DNA of 63,015 nt, filler included, from Asterionella formosa (lineage: Eukaryota): assembly GCA_002256025.1 (NCBI GenBank). It is 20 parts of 20 records of this genome, joined end to end, with 100 filler letters (N's around TTAATTAATTAA, not from the genome) between each part and the next. Parts side by side here need not be neighbours in the genome. Positions count along the whole stretch, not along the records: positions 50,522 to 53,571 come from NKIB01014537.1; positions 53,672 to 56,721 come from NKIB01014538.1; positions 56,822 to 59,869 come from NKIB01014539.1; positions 59,970 to 63,015 come from NKIB01014540.1; 16 more parts are not named here. One strand, written 5' to 3'. Made by a program: the position numbers and the translations under genes. This document shows positions 52,619-63,015 of this stretch, in pieces (the stretch's first letter is position 1; every line of letters starts with the position of its first letter). The notes beneath the pieces were generated by a model that saw only the letters and a list, made by a program, of their open reading frames with translations, searched no databases and was not told the DNA's origin.

Positions 52619-55600
52619 ATGGTAGGACTATTTGTGCTATCTATGGTGGTAGATATTAAAGGTGGGTGCGATATTTTGCTAGAATGATCGAGGCACTTGT
52701 GCCGGTATCTAGTAGCACACGGAGTACGCATCTTATCCCATTTGCGCATGTAATTTCTGCAATCACTCATCGTTTTCGCTATCATGATTGACTTCGGATG
52801 ATTGGTCTGAGTCCCGTCCTGATTTGCCTATGCTCATCGGTTCGCAGAAGAAGCAAAGGAGGAAGGGATGGAAGCCATTGCATCGGAGGATTTGGCAGGA
52901 GCAATGCCCCCTCAAGATGCCAAGAAAAAGTATGTCGTTGGATCCAGCAAAGAATCTCCGTTTGCAGAGGAGGTGAAAGTGGCAGAAGAAAGCCGCAGTT
53001 GTCGTGCCTCCTCAAGATGACAACGATACAGAAAACCGACTCGCTGTTGCTTTCCATCTTTTTGTGTTCCATAAAGATAAAGTCCTGTTTCTTCGAATGA
53101 TACGGGATGATGCACTACTGGTAGCTATTGACACTGACACTGTAGCATGAGACGACTCTTTGGAGTGACGGATGAGCGATTCCGGCTATTGAGACAGGAA
53201 AGTGAACATCAGATCCGTCTTGGCTCGACCCGCCAGCAGAAACGTAAAGGAGGCATCATTCATGATACAACTCCTGCTGATGCTGCAGTAAAACATGAAG
53301 AAGGAGCAAAAATACGCCGTAGTCGTCATGTTCATGTTCATATTCATGGTGAACAAAAGGGTACTACTCGACGAGAACTGACATTGCAACATGCCGGAAG
53401 GGAGAAAGCTGTTGCTACTACAGCAACAACAGCAACAACAACAGCTACTACTTTCAATGAGGCATGAAATATCAATGAGACTCGCCAGAAGTCGTTTCAC
53501 AGGAAAAAGGAGAAAATAAGATACAAGCATTAACAAAGGAGTCAACCACAACCTCCTAGTGAAGTAGTCATNNNNNNNNNNNNNNNNNNNNNNNNNNNNN
53601 NNNNNNNNNNNNNNNTTAATTAATTAANNNNNNNNNNNNNNNNNNNNNNNNNNNNNNNNNNNNNNNNNNNNGATGCCATTCCAGACATTTGCACAATACA
53701 CCAGGTATGTTATCCATATATTTTGTATCTTCAGAATTCATACAAAATATAGTTTATGTAAAAGAATAAGAGAATTCATATTAGATGCTGACAATATCGA
53801 TGGTAAGGATGATTGTTGATATGCTTCATGCACCCACTTGCCAACAACCACATCGCTTCGATTTTCTCCATCAATTCATGCCCAATAGCACTCCGAAGAT
53901 TTGCAGTCGATAACACACACTAATTCGAATAGATATTTAGTTTAGCATTTCAAATTTAATATTAAATGTTTTGTTCCGTACCTATTTTGTCCTCATTAGG
54001 GTTGGTTGTTGCTTGCATCCTCACGAATCATGTCGCGATATTTCTCGAGATCCATTTCGTTCTGTTTTTCTCAATCAATTCAGGGCAGATTGCAATCAAA
54101 CAATTTGTAGTGAAGTCGTCTTTCGTAATGATTTATCCTCTAAAAGATTTATCTTGAACTTTTAAAATGTTTTGTTGTAACATCAACTAGTCCTGCCTTG
54201 GAAATAACTGTATGATTGTGAACCAGCCATCACATGATACCACGATAAGTAATCTTGTTCAGCAAAACAGTAAAGACTATTTACGTGAAGTGCACAACCA
54301 TAAACTGTACCTGGTAGCATGAATTAAGACACCACAAATATCCTTACTAGCTATTTCACAAAGGAAGATGCATGTCGTAAATGAATGAGCCACAAGAGCA
54401 GGGTCTTAGTTGAACTTTGAAATGAATTGTTTGAAACATCAACTAATTCAGTCTCGAGTTCAAAGTTTTTTGTGAAATCTTCACATGAAACCGTTAAAAC
54501 TTCACATGAAACCGTTAAAAGTAACCTTTTCTCCGGGAAGAGTGGCATTAATTCATGTGAAGTACCACATAATAAACACTCCTACATAGAACAAATTTCG
54601 AAAAGTGGCAGATTTTGCGGCTTAGATGTGTGGGGAGCGTCTGTCTTGCACCAGTGTGGACTCATGGGCATGGAAGACATCCAAGGGTTTGTAAGAAACC
54701 AGTATGATGATGAAGCAGTGTCGACCCTGGCAAGAGTGAAAAATATGCACTGTAAGCCACCACTATGCAATAATATTAGTGACTTTGTAAAAATTATTTC
54801 TTCATGGCTAGATACACCAAATCAAAACTGATTCCTTAATAGTATAGCAGAGAGCATTGTCTAACATAAGCTTTGTACTTGTGTCAAGTTTTGATTGTTG
54901 AATTACATCCCTCCTACCTTTCAATCTGATGGGCAAGGCGGAGCTGAGCTCCTTCTTCCAGCGTAATCCCACCTTTGTTATGAAAATTCTGAATTGAGTT
55001 ATTCACTGTTTTCACCCATTGTAGTTTTTGTCCCAGTGTATGGTGGTTCTGTCAAACCAGTCTTGGGAGTAGCAACAATGCCAAATCGCTTGGATTGATC
55101 ATCTCTTTCATATCATATAGATAGTATGTAATCAAAGTATCCAAGTCCAGGCATCAAAGTTTTTTGTGCTCTTCTTCTGTGTTGCCATACAAATACTGCT
55201 TTCTTACCCTCCAGCCAATGAAGCCCGTATTGCCTCAATGTAGTCATCAGGTTTGTTGTCCGCCGTTCTGCTCAAGGGAACTCGGATACAGCTGTTTTGT
55301 GATGACAACTCCCTCATCATTCAAGGCACAGATTTCGATTTCATTTCATAATCAATCTGCCAGCGGCACAAGCTGTATTCATATTTGATCAGATTAAAGC
55401 CAACATTGTCAGTGACCAACAATGGCAAAATTATGCAACTCAAATCAATGATATGATTATATTGAAAATGAATAAGACGAGGCATAACAAACGGGAGGAT
55501 GCATTGCTATGAAAATCAAAATGTTAAAAACTATGATTAAATTTGTATTTTATGTCAGATAAGTAATCTAAAATAATAAGAATATCAGAGAGCAACGACA

Positions 55601-55887
55601 ATATTATACATCAAATATTGTGATAAATTAATTTTGTCACAAATTTATTTAGTATATTTCGAATTTGCTCCCACTATTTCCAATGTCCTCAACATGCATT
55701 CCACCCATCTACCCACACCCCTGCAAGAAAATGGCAAACATCAGGGATTAAAAAATTAGAAAGGTGCAGGGCACAACACAGCACCTTATAACTAATACAA
55801 GTAGCAGTGTATCTAGACCTTCAAGGTAACACAACATGAATGTGTACAACCGAATAATGTATAGCAGTATACTTCTTCACCATCAGC

Positions 55888-56721
55888 TTACACTATGGAG
55901 TTATAGCAATGTGGATAATCAAGACCAAACTCTGTGAGCCAAATTAGACATAGATTTTTACAAAATACATTGATTATCTCTCTTGTTTGCTCCAGCATAG
56001 GCCTTGAACCAGAAAGCTTGTATGTTCCAGTACTAACAGTTTGGGAACAAAGAGAATTCTCTCCTTTCTCATCATTGCAATTTGTTCTTTCACTGCTCTC
56101 CTTCCCGAAAAGTGAAACTTCAATGCCTGCAAAATCTGCCATACGTTTCAAGGCGCCATTAGCAAGAAGAACTGATGGATCAATATCTTCATTTCTCAGA
56201 AAGAGGATGTTTCTTTTTTCAACAAGTTCCATTAATAATTTGGCACTTGATGTGTAGGTGCGCAATCTTGATAACAGAGCATTAAAAACGTTGAGCTTAC
56301 CACTGGAAGCAATAATTTCATGGAAGAGCTCAGGTGATCTGTAGTGTTTGGATGGGTTTGTCCAGGAACCTGGGGTGAAGGGATCATTATCAAATGCAGC
56401 GTCGGTCCAAAAATTCCAGATTGACCAGAGCCAGTCGGCTGGGTCTCGAAAAACAAGAATAAACTTTTCTTCTTGTGACGGAATGTATTTGTAGTTCATG
56501 AGGACCTCTTCTCCACCTCCGATGCAACCGTTCAAGAGCAGTGTGGAGCTATTAAATAATTTACGTCTACTTAGCACTTGCTTTCGATACTCATATAAGT
56601 GGATTCCTGACTCGTTGGATTCACGTGTTACAGAATGGACGCAAAACTCTTTCAAGTTGGGGTCGGTCGCCTCTATCCTGGGATGACCGGCAAAAATGCG
56701 AAACAACTGTGAAGTCCCAGC
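55888..56721 (-). CDS. Sulfotransferase-family protein, 5'-truncated
   Basis: AGTSQLFRIFAGHPRI..KE (5'-PSB-like) and FILVFRDPADWLWS (3'-PB-like). Confidence 0.75.
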   Translation of the reverse strand, partial: AGTSQLFRIFAGHPRIEATDPNLKEFCVHSVTRESNESGIHLYEYRKQVLSRRKLFNSSTLLLNGCIGGGEEVLMNYKYIPSQEEKFILVFRDPADWLWSIWNFWTDAAFDNDPFTPGSWTNPSKHYRSPELFHEIIASSGKLNVFNALLSRLRTYTSSAKLLMELVEKRNILFLRNEDIDPSVLLANGALKRMADFAGIEVSLFGKESSERTNCNDEKGENSLCSQTVSTGTYKLSGSRPMLEQTREIINVFCKNLCLIWLTEFGLDYPHCYNSIV

Positions 56722-57119
56722 NNNNNNNNNNNNNNNNNNNNNNNNNNNNNNNNNNNNNNNNNNNNTTAATTAATTAANNNNNNNNNNNNNNNNNNNNNNN
56801 NNNNNNNNNNNNNNNNNNNNNCCTTTGCTACTCGCCCAATTCTCTGCATCCCCTGCTGTGTTTATTAAATCTGAATCTACTTAGGCTGGGATCACAACCC
56901 AGTGGATATCTGCAACAAAAGCTGCAACTTTCCCAATGATGATAGGGACACCAGTAATTGGCAACATCGCAGAAAATTGTTTGGCTGCAATTGTAGCCTA
57001 CTTCATCAAGCGAAAGTGGAAATGTGGGATCATTCTCATCCAATGAGGCAGCAGTCCACATTATTTCGACTTGCTGAGGTTGGGCTTGAGTTTGCCAGCA
57101 ACCACACACAGGGATACCT

Positions 57120-57816
57120 CCTCATGTTGCACTATTGCAACAAGTGCAGGGGCTGCAGCACTTAATCTTAGGTCTTGTAGATCAATTTGATGAGAGACTA
57201 ACAAAACAACTTGACCAGAGACAAATAAATGGTGGAATATTGGGTGAGACCAGAATGATTGACCTAATTCGTCAAGGGACCAGTGACCTTAGGGCAGCTG
57301 TTGCAGCAGCTGGGCAAAATTCATTTCATTCAGGAGCAGAACTTGCGGTTATTAATGGAGGACCTGGAATTACTGGTAGAGATGGCACTACTATGATTGC
57401 ACCAAAGCGGTTTACACTACATATGTAGTATGGTGGGCAATTCCATGTTCTACCCCAGACATGGAGGTTACCAATGAGTCTTGGTCCCTTAGACTTGTGG
57501 ATGCAATGGTGGTTGGGAGAGCGATGTGAGGAATGATGTTCTTCCCCTTAAGATTTTGCAAGGAAGAGATGTCTACCATCTAGATTTCATAATGGCAGAG
57601 GAGGGTCGTGGTACTAGAAAGGCTCGCAAGATTCTGTGTGACATAAGATTCTTGATGGTATACTTAGAGAACAAAGTCAGGGCTACTGGAAAGTGGGTTG
57701 AAACTCATACAGTGTCCTCAGTTCTGGCAATGTATTATGAAGTAGTAGAAACTCTGGTGGTAAATGATGGTAACAATCAGCATCATATATGCCGCCATCC
57801 TCAGTTAAGATGGTAG
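57120..57816 (+). pseudogene. Degenerate C-terminal region resembling stramenopile Crypton (CryptonS) proteins
   Basis: FHVLPQTWRLP..LDLWMQWWLG..VLPLKIL..D..RKILCDIRFLM; stops and a frameshift. No tyrosine-recombinase core is visible. Confidence 0.4.
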
Positions 57817-60800
57817 ACATTCTTAGTGTTGATCCTTTGCAAGCAAGAAAAGCAATTATCCTTGGGCATGATAGAAGAATAGTGTATGATTTTTTACCAT
57901 TACTTAAGTCCAAATGCAGGTATTTCAGTACCATCTTTAATCTGACCAGCCACAGTGCATCAGCCATACATAATATACCTACTATCAGTATGCAGGTGAG
58001 ACATGCATGATACCAACCGCTAAATACCGGTATATCCATTAAAGATGTGATGCTCATTTTCGACATCATGCAAAACATCCAAGCTGATTCTAGATTCCGT
58101 TTTTCCACATACTCGTGTATAGATTTGTCATATGTAGCTACCTGGTACATATGGCATGAACCGACCTCAGTGTCCGGTAAAATGGTTGTGCAACTCAATT
58201 GTGCTTTATCTAAATGTTTATCTGTCTTTATAATTTTTTATTTTTATTCAAGCAAAATGTTGGGAACTTGCTTGTACTTGGGTACGTGAGGTAGACGCAT
58301 GAGTTGAGTGAGCGCAATGTCCATTTCAGGATCAGAAATGAATACTTTTCATTCTGCTAAAATCAATATTTTACAATCGATGCGTACCAACAAAGGACAT
58401 TTAGCCATCATTGGAGGTCACAAAAAATAATATCTATATATCAATCCCTGAGGTTAGGTAGAAGCTACCTAAGAAATCATCCTATCTAAGATTTGATACA
58501 CCAGCTCTGTCCATCTGTCAAAATTCCTTCAATAGCTTAATTCTTTTTTTCAGTCCTCGCAAGGTGACTGACCATGTTGAAACTTTTGACGAATTGTGTG
58601 CCACGTGTATGAATGGATGGGTTTGACCATTTATTTGAGGGCCAATCAAAATTAAGCATCAATTAAATTCGTACGAAATCGAATTTTGGATTTCGAAGGT
58701 GATACCGTACCTTAGTCACACTTTCTCCTGCTGGGGAGGTTCGGTTCAAAAGACCCGATGTCTTCAATGAATTTGTGACGAAATCTGTATATAATTTTGT
58801 CGAATTCTTGTTGGGAGAATCATCTACGGGTATGCTTCTGCAAGTATACACCAGGTACATATATAACGGATGGTAAATTATCCATCGATCTTATGAACAA
58901 CGAAATTTCGGTATTATCTTGTGTTTCATTCATAATTAGGAGACGATCCAGCATTAAGCCTTTGTTCCAACCTAAATTGATTCTTGTTATTACTCAGCAG
59001 TTGCGCTTTGGTGGAAAGAATCACTGCAGAGTCATTGCTATATCACTTTCCAATTGAGTCAGAGAGGCACATAGCATTAATGCAACATCAACCAAATCTA
59101 ACATTATCAAATCGTTGCCCTAAATTATTAGTAAATGAATATGATAAGGGCAAACAATAATGAGGAATTCCCTTTCTTTCAAGAAACAGCTGGATTTGCA
59201 AGCCATTTTACTCAAGGAAATAAACTAACAGCCCTTAAGTTGAAACTTCACAGGATCCAGGTAGGATGGAAAGTGTCTCAAATATAGATCAAGAATCTGA
59301 AGCATTTATAAAAGAGAAGAGTGGAGGAGGAGTTTAGCCAAAACTTGTAAAATAGTCATCAGGAGGTGAATAATGGAATCAAAAATGCCACTTTAGAAGC
59401 AGGCATGCTAACCACTAAGAAGCCATTCCCATTTTAAAAACTATTGAAAGAGGCTTTCCCATACATATGTTGGTTCAACATGGCTGCATTAACAGGCACA
59501 ACAATAAAGCTGTTGACTTTGACCATACTTTCCCACAGGCCGATAGGGTCATAGGGCATTGGGCTGCTCCATAATCATATATTACAATGTATGCTCAACA
59601 GTTTTACTCTACACTAATCTATCTTATCCTTAGTTGCCTGAGGAGGGTTCAGATATTTTGGAGTGATCCTTTATGATAACCCTTCTTGATTGGTTACACC
59701 TTGGCTGGAAGCATTTATCACTTGCATTGGTTTAACAATGAAACTTGAAAAAAGGTTTGGATAATGGATGGCTGTGTGATTTCAACCTTGCCTTGAAAAA
59801 GAAATGTAGATGAGCCCATGAGTTCATGGGTCTCACATTCATAGTTGCTCGGTAACTCAAGTGCCTGTGNNNNNNNNNNNNNNNNNNNNNNNNNNNNNNN
59901 NNNNNNNNNNNNNTTAATTAATTAANNNNNNNNNNNNNNNNNNNNNNNNNNNNNNNNNNNNNNNNNNNNGCCACCATCCTAGCATCCCTGGAAATTTCCA
60001 TGGAAGCCACAAAGAAGACGTCAAACGAGTTAGTGTTCAGAGCGTTGCATGACAGAGTCCAATTCCCGCTGTCTTGCCATGTTAAGACTCGAATTATAGG
60101 CAATCTATTGTCCCATACACTTCCACTTGCAATACACATATATAGGCAGGTCTTGACAGAGATACAAAAGTTTAAAAAGTGTTGCTCGACCCAATTTTTT
60201 GTATCTCCAACATCCGGGTGGTATGTTGCTTTCGGCAACACATTATTTGTTGCTCCGAAATGTGTATCTTTGTGTATCGCTGCAGATACAGCATTAAGCG
60301 ACACCATTTTTATCTCTAATGTCAATAATGGAAACGAGTTTTTGGAGGAGGGATCAGCAGCAGTTATTATTATTGCAACTCGTTTAATTACCAACAAAAA
60401 TGGTCGCATGGTGGAAGAATGGCGACTATCTGCTCATGACACTGCCAAGTCCATTATGCTCCGACAATGTACGCAGGAAGCTGCTTGCATGGTCGGAGAG
60501 AACAAGTATAGTTGAATTGACATTCACGGTTGGGAAGGAATAGGACAGTCGGCGGCCCTCACCACAATTGTTGTTTCTGCTCGAAATTCGGGATACATTG
60601 TCCTAGTATACATGCCTGACGGCGATTACTGGTGTCTGTTGATAGGCCAAGCGTCCTTCATAAGTGTTTTTATAATATGTCCTTTCAATCGCAAGAAATT
60701 TGCGCCAAGTTCTTGCAGTGTCACGAAAATGATTTGGAAGGACAATTTAGTGCAGCACCGACCCCTATTATGAGGAATCAATTGAAACAATACATATCCA

Positions 60801-61009
60801 AACATCTACCACCAAACAAAGAATTCGAATTGTCAAAGGCAACCAATCATGGCGAACCGAAATGAAATGAAACAAAAAGATTGGGTATAAAGTTCGTCGT
60901 TGTAAATACAAGTGGATGTGTTGCAGTCAAGAAAATGATAGCTATGCGTTCAGAAGGAGGATGAAAGATTCATAATTTTGTTGTAATTTTTCTAATAAAA
61001 GTGTTTGTT

Positions 61010-61213
61010 TTAGATTTGAAACTTTATATTGGCTTGCAAGCCAGAATTACTGGGAGGCATGTCGACAGAGATTTCAAAAACGTTGGCAATTCGGAGTTTA
61101 GTGATGGTCTCTGATTTTGCGGCGATGAAAGACCTTGTCGGACAAATGGATTGAATGAAAGCATCAACACCAGCCAAAAGACAAGAGGCAATTGCGATAA
61201 ACGAAGCTCTCAT
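61010..61213 (-). pseudogene. Truncated 5' part of a nucleus-encoded plastid protein gene
   Basis: Signal peptide MRASFIAIASCLLAGVDA|F, a Ser/Thr/Arg-rich transit-like stretch, ~25 mature residues, then a stop. Confidence 0.6.
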
Positions 61214-61607
61214 TTTCTAATTTACTAGGAGGATATGTTGAGGAAGGCTGGTGAGTGTCGCTGTCATGATGGAAATAGTCTTCATCCTTTGCGTTTAATA
61301 CCAAGTAATATCAATAGCAACAAATTCGAATGCTGCGTCTGATGCACATGACTGCGGAGACACGAAAAAAGGCTAACTGTTTTGCCATTACTGAGGTCTA
61401 TTTGTGAAATCTACCTCTGTAAAGATTCATTTTTTCTGAAGATACAATTAAAAAATTAAAGAAATGTATCTCTGTTAACCTGCCCATAGATACACATTTC
61501 GGAGTAACAAAAAAGTGTTGCTGGAGCGAAGCAACACACCACCCGGATGTGTGAGATACAAAAAATTGGGCCAAGCAACATATTTTTAATTTTTGTATCT
61601 CTATTAA

Positions 61608-62697
61608 GTTTCGTGCATTTCAACCCAAAGGCAAAAATTAAAATATTGCTTAGGGTTGCGGAAATTCCCTGGAACTAAGAATTTATATGAGCTATTTTTG
61701 AATTACATGGTTCCATTTGAAATATTCAAATCAGTGGAAATTTGGGTGTGCGTGCATAGATTCCTTTTCGAATTCCCTAAATATATATGTATAGATTGTA
61801 CATCTCTATATGTATAGATTGTACATCTCTCTATATATACTGGTATACACTCTATACACTGATCGACAGTATATGTGTCATACAACCCAGTGGCTCAGCA
61901 AGTATTTGAAGTGCTTTCTAGGAGTGGTACGCATGTGTCAAATGATAATCATCTACCGGTACCCATGGTGGATATGGTACCGGCGTACCGGCGATCGCCC
62001 AAGAAAATTTTAAATGTGTATCCAGTGTGGCTGGTGTGGGTTTGCAAGACCTCGCAAACCGGGCCAATCAAATATCGGTAAGTAATTGAACTTGACCAAT
62101 CAAAATATTTATAGTGAAGCAGACACTTACAATGGAACTTTTTGTACAGAAGATTATAGGACGAAAAATTGAATCACAAGACTTCAATTCCGATGATGAT
62201 GTTTTGGCGATTATTGATTTTGATTCCGACATTTTGGAGACCGTTGAAAAGGCCAATATTGTCGAATTTTCGAACAACGATAGCTCAACGTTGGAAGGGT
62301 TTAAAGAAGTGCTAAGTGCATAGGTAATCTTCATATAACCGCAGAAGTTAACTTTCGGCGAGAAAGTGCAGAAAGGAACTTCGGTTTTTTTATTAGGCTT
62401 TATAAACTAGTTGGCCCAGTAAAATCCACTATTTTCAGCATAGTTAAAAAACCGAAGTTCCTTTCTGCACTTTCTCGACAGATCCTAAATCCTGACGATA
62501 TATAGCGTTGACCTATAACCCTACTTTGTCAGAAGACAGTATCTAACCATATGGAAAGGTTATATATTGGTGAAAGCTCTGTTTAGCGATATACATTGAT
62601 GTTTTACTCGTAAGAAGTGTGTGTTTGAGTACCGGTACTCTGACTCAATATTTCTTTTTTAACCCTACTTCTAATCTAGGGTTGAAATGCAGGAACC
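61608..62697. mobile_element. Complete, diverged copy (second subfamily) of the Kolobok-like element
   Basis: TTAA-GTTTCGTGCATTTCAACCC ... GGGTTGAAATGCAGGAACC-TTAA; collinear with the reverse complement of 16721-17931. Confidence 0.88.
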
Positions 62698-63015
62698 TTA
62701 AAATCGCCCCTAAAAAATAAAAAATAAAGCTTCGTTTTCTCCCATGCTCAGTCAGATATAGCTTTTGTCTACTCTTATTATTTTAGGCAATTTGTGCTAG
62801 TCTAGTACAAATCACCGTACTGCTCTATCCTTTTGTCCCGCGTGTACAAGCGTGGCTAAGGATTGACGACACCGATGCATGTGAATTGCCATGCATTCTC
62901 CTATTTTATTGATGGCAGACATGCAGGATAGCTCAGATCGATTAGCAATCTATTGACTTTCCCTAAATGCCCACTACTTCCGCTCAAACGATTCTCAAGT
63001 CTTCTCTTCACTCTG

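Noticed and set aside
3068..59969. Regularly spaced TTAATTAATTAA motif about every 3.15 kb, and ORFs ending XXX-LIN
   Set aside because: Artificial six-frame-stop linkers; the periodicity reflects size-sorted contigs.

Overview
Eukaryotic, AT-rich DNA, most likely from a diatom (inferred from ASAF-type plastid presequences, a PGRL1-like fragment, CoDi-like copia elements and TTAGGG repeats). The window is not one locus. It is 20 separate contigs of about 3.05-3.07 kb, in near-descending size order, joined by 19 artificial 100-nt linkers (N44-TTAATTAATTAA-N44), so adjacency across linkers means nothing. Host genes: a two-exon DDX55/Spb4 helicase, a SERCA-type Ca2+-ATPase with an apparent bipartite targeting presequence, and partial LRR, sulfotransferase-like and possible V-ATPase H genes. 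Most of the rest is transposon-derived: Ty1/copia, Ty3/gypsy, pogo elements with MITEs, a TTAA-flanked Kolobok-like family, and Harbinger, Plavaka-like and Crypton-like relics, plus satellites. Most notable: (1) pervasive TA-CC(N)GG-TA and TTA-GGG-TTA micro-insertions that match the termini and target sites of resident DNA transposons; (2) a co-varying internal hairpin in the Kolobok-like family; (3) an insertion with a 15-bp target-site duplication nested in that family; (4) a candidate intronic H/ACA snoRNA; (5) orphan fragments of plastid-protein genes; (6) a twin-hairpin element bounded by telomeric repeats. All family assignments come from motif recognition by eye, not database searches.
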